Origin: an uncultured Bacilli bacterium
GTDB lineage: Bacteria > Bacillota_I > Bacilli_A > RF39 > UBA660
Reading direction: 5' to 3'
DNA: 64,000 nt
NCBI GenBank assembly: GCA_934167465.1
Contig: CAKPKR010000003.1
Coordinates: 2,992-66,991, forward strand
Below, piece after piece: positions 10,055 to 18,111 of this stretch (position 1 is its first letter; each line of letters starts with the position of its first letter). The notes under the pieces are model-generated. The model did no database searches. It had not been told where the DNA came from and saw nothing but the letters and a program-made list of their open reading frames with translations. The position numbers and the translations under genes are program-made.

Positions 10055-11698
10055 ATGAAAAAAGGATTTACATTAATAGAATTATTGGCAGTAATAGTGA
10101 TATTGGCAGTAATAGCATTAATCGCAACACCAATAATATTAAATGTAATAGAAGAATCAAAAAAGGGAGCCGCTGAACAATCAGTAATCGGATATGTAAA
10201 CGGAATAGAGAATAATGTTTTAGTATCAGAATTGGATAATAGTTCTATAGAAGATGGAAGTTACAATATAAATGAAATAGAAGTAGAAGTAAAAGGAAAT
10301 AAACCTGATAGTGGGAATATAACAATAGAAAAAGGAATAGTAGTAGATGCAGTAATGTGTATGAGTGGATATAAAGTAATATATTCAAATAGTAAAGCGG
10401 AAGTCCAAGGAAAATGTGAAGGAAATCTAGTATATAGTGAAGGTATTTTAAATGGAACAGATCCAGTATTAGGTGAAAATATGATACCAGTAACAATAGA
10501 AAAAGATGGAACAGTAAAATATGCAGATATAAATAAGAAATGGTATAGTTATGGAAATAAAGAATGGGCAAATGCAGTAATATTAAATACAAGTAATAGT
10601 TATAATGTAGGAGATATAATACCAGAAAGTGAAATAGAATCATATTTTGTGTGGATACCAAGATATAGATATAAATTATTTAATGTAGATAATACAAGTA
10701 AAGATTCAAAAACATATACAAATTATAAAGATATACCAAGTAAAGCAGAGGAAATAGAAATAGTATTTGAAAATAAAGAAACAAAAATAAGTAACGGAAA
10801 TAAAAATGGTGAATATTTAATGCATCCAGCTTTTACATCATTTGAAAGTAATGGAATGTGGGTAGGAAAATTTGAAACAGGATATAAAGGAGCAACAACT
10901 ACTTCAACAGCTCAAGTAAACTCAAATGATTCTACAAAAGTAATAGTTAAACCAAACGTTTATAGTTGGAGAAGTATAACAGTAGGAAATATCTTTTTAA
11001 CAAGTTATAATTATAAAAGAGATTTGGATTCACATATGATGAAGAATACCGAATGGGGAGCAGTAGCATATCTTTCACATTCAAAATATGGAATAAATAG
11101 TGAAGTAAGAATAAATAATAATAGTGCACATATAACAGGTTATGCAAAGACTGAACAACCAACTTGTGGTTGGACAAATAGTAATGAAGAATGTAATAAG
11201 TTTGAAAGTACGGCTTTAAATCAAGATGGAACATATACAAAAAGATATAATACCGAAATTGGATATTTAGCAAGTACAACAGGAAATATAACCGGAATCT
11301 ATGATATGAGTGGCGGATCTAATGAATATATGGCAGCCTATATGGCAGGACAACTAGGAAATAGTGGACTAATACCAACCGATTATGATTCAAAATATTT
11401 TAATGTATATAATTCATCAAGTACAGTAACAAGTTATCAATATCGCATCTTAGGAGATGCAACTGGAGAAATGGGACCATTTACAAATTTAAAATCAAGT
11501 GGAAGTGATGGAGACAAAACCTCATATGCATCAAGTTGGTATGCCGACCGTTCGAACTTTGTTGACTCTGGTAGCCCTTGGTTCAACCGAGGCGGCGATT
11601 ACGGCCATGGTGTAGTTGCAGGTCAGTTCAACTTCCTTAGGAGCCCGGGTGGTACTTACAGTTACGTTGGCTTCCGCCTAGTTTTAACACCTCAATAA
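10055..11698 (+). CDS. type IV prepilin-like N-terminus fused to an FGE-sulfatase/DUF1566-like domain protein (paralog B1)
   Basis: MKKGFTLIELLAVIVIL is a class III prepilin signal: G then F, with E at +5. The middle and C-terminal parts, TEWGAVAYL, GIYDMSGGSNEY, RGG...VGFRLV, resemble the FGE-sulfatase fold. Confidence 0.6.
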   Translation: MKKGFTLIELLAVIVILAVIALIATPIILNVIEESKKGAAEQSVIGYVNGIENNVLVSELDNSSIEDGSYNINEIEVEVKGNKPDSGNITIEKGIVVDAVMCMSGYKVIYSNSKAEVQGKCEGNLVYSEGILNGTDPVLGENMIPVTIEKDGTVKYADINKKWYSYGNKEWANAVILNTSNSYNVGDIIPESEIESYFVWIPRYRYKLFNVDNTSKDSKTYTNYKDIPSKAEEIEIVFENKETKISNGNKNGEYLMHPAFTSFESNGMWVGKFETGYKGATTTSTAQVNSNDSTKVIVKPNVYSWRSITVGNIFLTSYNYKRDLDSHMMKNTEWGAVAYLSHSKYGINSEVRINNNSAHITGYAKTEQPTCGWTNSNEECNKFESTALNQDGTYTKRYNTEIGYLASTTGNITGIYDMSGGSNEYMAAYMAGQLGNSGLIPTDYDSKYFNVYNSSSTVTSYQYRILGDATGEMGPFTNLKSSGSDGDKTSYASSWYADRSNFVDSGSPWFNRGGDYGHGVVAGQFNFLRSPGGTYSYVGFRLVLTPQ

Positions 11699-11730
11699 AA
11701 ATAATGTTTAAACATTGTTTTTTTCTATAA
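11699..11730 (+). terminator. rho-independent terminator
   Basis: AATGTTTAAACATT is followed by T7. Confidence 0.55.
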
Positions 11731-11889
11731 ATTTAAAAATTATCAACATTTATTTTTAAATTATATTTAATAAATTTGTCGAAATTTATATGTTAAAAAG
11801 TGAATGAAAAAAAGCAAAAATGTAGTAAAATATAAAGCGATATATTTAATTGGTGTTGGTGCATTCCTCCATTATGAGGAGGTGGTATT

Positions 11890-11967
11890 ATGTCTAAAAG
11901 AGAAATTTCCTTTTTCATTATAATACTTCTATTATTTTTTATAATAATTACTTTATTATATAGATAA
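11890..11967 (+). CDS. 25-aa hydrophobic peptide MSKREISFFIIILLLFFIIITLLYR (candidate type I toxin)
   Basis: A strong Shine-Dalgarno sequence, GGAGGTGG, lies inside a CCTCC...GGAGG hairpin. The ORF is conserved in three copies. Confidence 0.5.
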   Translation: MSKREISFFIIILLLFFIIITLLYR

Positions 11968-12082
11968 TAAAATAAGCACTATCACAGGGGGTAGTGCTTT
12001 CTAAATACAATTTGGAATGTATCTAACTCTATCAACAATTAGATATATCCTTTTTTTATTGTATGAGTAATAACTCATCTAT
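11968..12082 (-). ncRNA. predicted antisense sRNA (candidate antitoxin)
   Basis: A minus-strand promoter, TTGAAA-17-TAATAT, is at 12115-12087. The transcript would terminate at the hairpin AGCACTATC...GTAGTGCT plus a T-run, reading in the minus orientation. Confidence 0.4.
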
Positions 12083-12220
12083 ATACATATTAACATTTTT
12101 AAAATATTTTTTCAATAATATTTTAAAATAATTTATAAATGAAATTTTTTATAATTTAATAAGAAATATTGATATATGTTTTTCATCCATTTTATGGTAA
12201 AATAATAATTGGTGGTAAGA

Positions 12221-14758
12221 ATGAATATAAATGATGTAGATATGAATAAAGTATCTCCAATGATGAAACAATATATAGAAATAAAAAAACAAAATCCTGA
12301 TATAGTAATTTTCTTTAGACTAGGGGATTTCTATGAAATGTTTTTTGAAGATGCAATTAAAGTATCTCATGAATTAGAATTAACTTTAACAGGAAAAAAT
12401 GCTGGTTTGGAAGAAAAAATTCCAATGTGTGGAATACCTCATCATGCAGCAAATCTATATATAGAGAAATTAGTTGATTTAGGATATAAAATAGGAATAT
12501 GTGAGCAATTAGAAGATCCTAAAAACGCTAAAGGAATAGTTAAAAGAGATTTAATTCAAATAATAAGTAAAGGGACAATAATAAATGATGAATCATTAAT
12601 TGCAAATGAAAATAACTATATAGCAAGTATAAATGATTTTAATCACGCCTTTGTAGTTACATACGCTGATATATCAACAGGAGAAATATATGCTGTCGTA
12701 CTAGAACATAATATAACAAATCTTGTATCATATGTAGTATCATTAGGAATAAAAGAAGTGATAATGTCTAATAAATTAGATAAAACTATTATGTCATTAT
12801 TGAAAAACCAATTTAAAATAACAGTAACTATAACAGATGAAATAGAAGATTTAGATATATATAAATATATATATGAAGATATAATTGATATGCGTTACAT
12901 TGAAAGTGTAAAATACTTATTAACATATATCAATAACACTCAAAAAAGAAGTTTATCTCATTTACAAAAATTACAAATAAAAGAAAATAAAAACTACCTA
13001 AAAATGGATATTCATACCAAAAGAAACCTAGAATTAACTGAGACATTAAGATTAAAACAAAGAAATTATTCATTAATATGGTTATTAGATAAAACTAAAA
13101 CAGCAATGGGATCAAGAATGCTTAAAAATATGATTGAAAATCCAATTTTAGATAAAAACGAATTAAATAAAAGGTATGATGTAATAGATACATTATTAAA
13201 AGAATTTATATTAAAAGACGATCTAAACAAATTACTATTTGAAGTATATGATTTAGAAAGACTAAGTGGAAGAGTAGCATTCGGAAATGCTAATGCTAAA
13301 GATCTACTACAACTTAAAAATTCTTTAAAAGTATTACCTGATATTAAAGAAATCTTAACAAAAATAAAATTCTATAAAAATATTGAACCATTAAATGATT
13401 TATATGAATTATTAGAAAAAGGAATATATGAAAATCCACCATTATCCATAAAAGAAGGATATATAATTAAAGATGGATATAGTAAAGAATTAGATGAATT
13501 AAAAGATTTGAGAAAAGGTGGAAAAGACTTTGTTGCTAAATTCGAAAGTGAAGAAAAAGAAAGAACCGGAATTAAAAATTTAAGAGTTGGATATAATCGT
13601 GTATTTGGATATTATATTGAAGTATCAAAAGGTAATTCTAATCTAATAAAAGAAGAATATGGTTATGAAAGAAGACAAACTTTAGCAAACTGTGAAAGAT
13701 ATATAAGTCCAATTCTAAAAGAAAAAGAATCATTAATATTAAATGCTGAAGAAAAAATAATTGATTTAGAATATGATTTATTTATAGAAATAAGAGAAAA
13801 AGTAAAAAAATACATTCCTGAATTACAAGAAATTTCAAAAGTAATAAGTGAAATAGATGTATTGCAATCATTCTCAACAGTAGCTGAAGAAAATAATTTT
13901 ATAAGACCAACATTAATTGATGAAAGAATAATAGAACTAAAAGAAAATAGACATCCAGTAGTTGAAAAAGTAATAAATGGCGAATATGTAGCTAATGATA
14001 TTATAATGAATGAAAAAACAGACATATTATTAATAACAGGACCTAATATGGCTGGTAAATCAACATATATGCGCCAGTTAGCAATTACAATAATTATGGC
14101 TCAAATAGGTTCATTTGTACCTGCTAAAGCAGCAAAAATGCCTATCTTTGATGCAATCTATACAAGAATTGGAGCTAGTGATGACTTAGTCTCAGGTGAA
14201 TCGACATTTATGGTTGAAATGAATGAAGCTAATAGGGCAATAACTAATGCTACTAAAAATAGTTTAATTTTATTTGATGAATTAGGTAGAGGTACAGCTA
14301 CATTTGATGGTATGGCTTTAGCTCAATCAATAATAGAATATATAAGCACAAACATTAAGTGCAAGACATTATTTTCAACTCATTATCACGAATTAACAGA
14401 TTTGGAAGATACATTACCAGACTTAAGAAATGTTCATGTAAGTGCTGTTGAAAGTGAAGGAAAAGTTACATTTTTACATAAAATTAAAGAAGGAAGTATT
14501 GATAAAAGTTATGGTATCCATGTTGCTAAATTAGCAAATTTACCTGACTCTTTAATCAAAAGAGCTGGTGAGATTTTAAAAGTATATGAAAATAAAGAAC
14601 AAAAAAGAGATGTTATTATTCAGCAAACTTTAAACTTTGATGAACCCGTTTCAAAAGAAAGTGAAATTGAAAAAGAATTAAAATCATTAGATGTTTTATC
14701 TTTAACACCAATAGAAGCAATGAATACCCTTTATAATTTAAAAAATAAAATTAAGTAG
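12221..14758 (+). CDS. mutS: DNA mismatch repair protein MutS
   Basis: The N-terminal mismatch-binding motif, the Walker A motif GPNMAGKSTYMRQ, and the typical overall length are present. Confidence 0.95.
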   Translation: MNINDVDMNKVSPMMKQYIEIKKQNPDIVIFFRLGDFYEMFFEDAIKVSHELELTLTGKNAGLEEKIPMCGIPHHAANLYIEKLVDLGYKIGICEQLEDPKNAKGIVKRDLIQIISKGTIINDESLIANENNYIASINDFNHAFVVTYADISTGEIYAVVLEHNITNLVSYVVSLGIKEVIMSNKLDKTIMSLLKNQFKITVTITDEIEDLDIYKYIYEDIIDMRYIESVKYLLTYINNTQKRSLSHLQKLQIKENKNYLKMDIHTKRNLELTETLRLKQRNYSLIWLLDKTKTAMGSRMLKNMIENPILDKNELNKRYDVIDTLLKEFILKDDLNKLLFEVYDLERLSGRVAFGNANAKDLLQLKNSLKVLPDIKEILTKIKFYKNIEPLNDLYELLEKGIYENPPLSIKEGYIIKDGYSKELDELKDLRKGGKDFVAKFESEEKERTGIKNLRVGYNRVFGYYIEVSKGNSNLIKEEYGYERRQTLANCERYISPILKEKESLILNAEEKIIDLEYDLFIEIREKVKKYIPELQEISKVISEIDVLQSFSTVAEENNFIRPTLIDERIIELKENRHPVVEKVINGEYVANDIIMNEKTDILLITGPNMAGKSTYMRQLAITIIMAQIGSFVPAKAAKMPIFDAIYTRIGASDDLVSGESTFMVEMNEANRAITNATKNSLILFDELGRGTATFDGMALAQSIIEYISTNIKCKTLFSTHYHELTDLEDTLPDLRNVHVSAVESEGKVTFLHKIKEGSIDKSYGIHVAKLANLPDSLIKRAGEILKVYENKEQKRDVIIQQTLNFDEPVSKESEIEKELKSLDVLSLTPIEAMNTLYNLKNKIK

Positions 14759-14766
14759 GTGAAAAT

Positions 14767-15390
14767 ATGATAATTGAAAGAAAAAATATGTATAATATGT
14801 CGGATTGTTATAAATTTAAATATTTATTTAAGTTACAAAATGCAACTATTGAATTTTTTCAAGGAAGTAATCAAGATTTAATATTTGCAGCTAGAAGTCA
14901 AGATAAAAAAATAATTATGGAAATTAATAATACTGAATTAAATATCAACAAAGAAGAATATTTATTATATAATTCAATTGATAAATTATATAATGAAATA
15001 GTTATAAATAGATGTATGAGTAAACATAATTATGAATGCAAAAAAAATGGAAAACCTGAATATTTTTATACACCATATGGATATTTTGACTTGGTCAATG
15101 ATGAAATAATAAATTGGAAAAGTGATGCTCCAGCTTATGAAGATGGTACAGAATCTGGTGAACGTATATATAATTATTTAAATATATTTAAAGATAAATA
15201 TATAGATAAATATATAATAGAATTTATAAATAATACATCTAAACAATTTTTTTGTATTGAATTTAATACAAGTAGAAGTAGATATGGAAGATTTGTTTAT
15301 CCTTTTTGTCAATTAATAAGAGATTTAGAAGAAATAACTAATTCCAATCGTTTAGTAGATACAAATAAAACATTAACTAAAAGAAAGTAG
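14767..15390 (+). CDS. hypothetical protein
   Basis: The ORF begins 9 nt after mutS. I found no recognisable motif. Confidence 0.3.
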   Translation: MIIERKNMYNMSDCYKFKYLFKLQNATIEFFQGSNQDLIFAARSQDKKIIMEINNTELNINKEEYLLYNSIDKLYNEIVINRCMSKHNYECKKNGKPEYFYTPYGYFDLVNDEIINWKSDAPAYEDGTESGERIYNYLNIFKDKYIDKYIIEFINNTSKQFFCIEFNTSRSRYGRFVYPFCQLIRDLEEITNSNRLVDTNKTLTKRK

Positions 15391-15397
15391 GTAAAAG

Positions 15398-15784
15398 ATG
15401 TTACTTAAAAAGAATAAATGGTGGATATATTTATTACTTAATATAATAACACTCGGTTTAATTAATTTTGTAATGGCCGAGATGATGGAATTATATGATA
15501 AAAATGCTTGGTATACCAAAAGAATTTATTGGTTTTCAGCAGCTATTTGCTTTATTTTTCCAGTAATTTTAATGTTCATTATATTTTTGATTCAAATAAG
15601 TGTTAAAGTAGCGCATTCCTTAAATGTAGATGGTGATAAAATATATGATAATGTTTATGCATGGATATTATGTTTAATTATTCCTATTTTTGGATGGATA
15701 ATGCTAATAGTTATGTATTTATATATAAATGTATTTTCAGCAGTTGCTATTTATAATGGTAATGGAGAAAAATATTTATTATGA
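15398..15784 (+). CDS. hypothetical membrane protein
   Basis: The ORF has 3-4 predicted transmembrane segments. Confidence 0.35.
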   Translation: MLLKKNKWWIYLLLNIITLGLINFVMAEMMELYDKNAWYTKRIYWFSAAICFIFPVILMFIIFLIQISVKVAHSLNVDGDKIYDNVYAWILCLIIPIFGWIMLIVMYLYINVFSAVAIYNGNGEKYLL

Positions 15785-16602
15785 TAAGCTTAGTAATAAT
15801 GGCTGCTGGTCTTGGCTCTAGGTATAAAAATGGAATAAAACAATTAGAGAAAGTTGGACCAAACAATGAAACCATAATGGAATATTCGGTAATGAGTGCG
15901 AAAAAATCTGGAATTGAAGAAGTAATATTTATACTAAGAAAAGATATATTTACTGAATTTAAAGAAGTAATTGGAAATAAAATAGAAAAAATAATTAAAA
16001 CAAGATATGTTTTTCAAGAAGTAGACAAAATACCAAATGAATTTAAGAGTGATAAAAGAATCAAACCCTGGGGAACAGGACATGCCATATTAATGTTAGA
16101 AGAAATGAATAATCCATTTATTGTTATAAATGCCGATGATTATTATGGTGATGAAGGTTTTAAAAATCTATATAATTTTCTAACAAATGTAAATAATAAT
16201 AGTTATAATTATTGTATGTCAGGGTTTATTTTAAAAAATACTTTATCAGATAATGGTGGAGTATCTAGAGGTATTTGTAAAGTCTCTAATGGTTACTTAG
16301 AAGAAATAACTGAAACTTACAATATAACTACTAATAGTAATATTAATATGAATTCTATAGTATCAATGAATATGTGGGGATTTACACCAACAATATTAAA
16401 AGAATTAAAAATAAAATTTGATGAGTTTTTAAAACAAAATAATGAAGACTTGTCTAAGGAATTTTTATTACCAAACATAATTGATGAACTGATTAAAACT
16501 AAAAAAATAACAGTAAAAGTATTAGTCACCAATGATAAATGGTATGGAATAACATATAGTGAAGATTTAAAAAAAATAAAAGATCATTTTAAAAATATCT
16601 AA
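15781..16602 (+). CDS. sugar-nucleotide nucleotidyltransferase-like protein
   Basis: The N-terminus IMAAGLGSRY (GxGxR) matches the NTP_transferase fold. Confidence 0.5.
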   Translation: MISLVIMAAGLGSRYKNGIKQLEKVGPNNETIMEYSVMSAKKSGIEEVIFILRKDIFTEFKEVIGNKIEKIIKTRYVFQEVDKIPNEFKSDKRIKPWGTGHAILMLEEMNNPFIVINADDYYGDEGFKNLYNFLTNVNNNSYNYCMSGFILKNTLSDNGGVSRGICKVSNGYLEEITETYNITTNSNINMNSIVSMNMWGFTPTILKELKIKFDEFLKQNNEDLSKEFLLPNIIDELIKTKKITVKVLVTNDKWYGITYSEDLKKIKDHFKNI

Positions 16603-16685
16603 ATTAATAGATATTTTTTCTATATGCACTTTAAATATAATAAAAAAATTGATATAATACATATAAGAATAAGAAGGGTGACAGT

Positions 16686-18098
16686 ATGAAAAAAACAAAA
16701 ATAATAGGAACTATTGGACCTGCTAGTAAAGATGAAAATGTATTAAAAGAATTAATTATTAATGGACTTGATATAGTAAGAATAAACATGACACATGCTG
16801 ATCATAAATTTGTCCAAGAAATAGTTAATAAAGTTAAAAATATTAATAAAGAATTAAATAAACATACATCAATTATGATTGATTTAAAAGGACCAGACAT
16901 AACTGTTGACGATTTTGAAGGTGGCAGTGCATATCTTAATAAAGGTGATAAAGTAAGAATATATGATGATTATATTTTAGGAGATGCGACTAAATTCTCT
17001 GTAAGTTATCCTAACTTTGTAAAAGATGTAAAAACAAATACTATCATTAAATTGAATGATGGATTAATTGAACTATATGTTTTAGAAAAAGGAGTAGATT
17101 ATTTACTTTGTCAAGTTAATGTTGGAGGTTTTATTGAAAACAATAAAGGTGTTAATGTAATTGATACTAAATTGAATATTCCTTTTTTAAGTCCTAAAGA
17201 TATTGATGATATTAAATTTGCAGATAAAATTGATGCTGATTATTTAGGATTATCTTTTGTTTCCAATCATGAAGATGTATTAGATGTAAATGATTTATTA
17301 ATTAATTTAAAAAATGATCATTTAAGTATCATATCTAAAATAGAAACAGAAGCTTCACTAGAAGATTTAGATGAGATAATTAAATGTAGTGATGGAATAA
17401 TGGTAGCTCGTGGAGATTTGGGCGTAGAAATTCCGCTAGAAAGAGTTCCAGGAATTCAAAAAAGAATATTAACAAAATGTCATATTGAAGGTAAATTAAG
17501 TATAGTAGCTACAGAAATGTTGTCTACGATGGAAAATACAATTAGACCAACTAGAGCAGAAGTTGGTGATGTTGCGAACTCTATTTTAGAGGGAACAGAT
17601 GCAGTATTATTATCAAGTGAAACAGCTATAGGTAATTATCCTATAGAAACTTTAGAAACAATGGTAAAAATAATTGAACAAGCAGAAACGGAAGTTAATT
17701 ATTATGATTTTCTAGATCGAACAATGAGAACTGAAAAACAAGATATTACCAGTTCAATTGCTTATAATGTTGTTGAAAGTTCTGAACGTTTAAAAGCAAA
17801 GTTTATTGTTACACCAACAATGAGTGGTTATACTGCTAAAAAAATTAGTAGATTCAGACCATATTGTCCAATTGTCGCTTTATCTCCAGATGAAGAAGTA
17901 GTAAAAAATTTAAGTATGTATTATGGAATAATTCCTATATTAATAGGTGACGTTAAAACATTTGATAAAATGATGGCAAAAGCAAGAGATGAAGTAATAA
18001 AATTAGGACTACAAGAAAATGATAAATTTATTATTACTGGTGGTTATCCGTTTAATGAAGTTAAACATACTAATTTTATGAAAATAGAAGAAATATAA
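16686..18098 (+). CDS. pyk: pyruvate kinase
   Basis: KIIGTIGPAS, MVARGDLGVEIP and the expected length are present. Confidence 0.9.
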   Translation: MKKTKIIGTIGPASKDENVLKELIINGLDIVRINMTHADHKFVQEIVNKVKNINKELNKHTSIMIDLKGPDITVDDFEGGSAYLNKGDKVRIYDDYILGDATKFSVSYPNFVKDVKTNTIIKLNDGLIELYVLEKGVDYLLCQVNVGGFIENNKGVNVIDTKLNIPFLSPKDIDDIKFADKIDADYLGLSFVSNHEDVLDVNDLLINLKNDHLSIISKIETEASLEDLDEIIKCSDGIMVARGDLGVEIPLERVPGIQKRILTKCHIEGKLSIVATEMLSTMENTIRPTRAEVGDVANSILEGTDAVLLSSETAIGNYPIETLETMVKIIEQAETEVNYYDFLDRTMRTEKQDITSSIAYNVVESSERLKAKFIVTPTMSGYTAKKISRFRPYCPIVALSPDEEVVKNLSMYYGIIPILIGDVKTFDKMMAKARDEVIKLGLQENDKFIITGGYPFNEVKHTNFMKIEEI

Positions 18099-18111
18099 AG
18101 TGGGTGAAAAA

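Larger units (their letters stand above)
11775..12125. repeat. type I toxin-antitoxin-like repeat, copy 1 (roughly 350 bp unit, 4 copies in the window)
   Basis: Alignable to the units at 22928-23278, 40655-41010 and 61438-61790. Confidence 0.7.
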
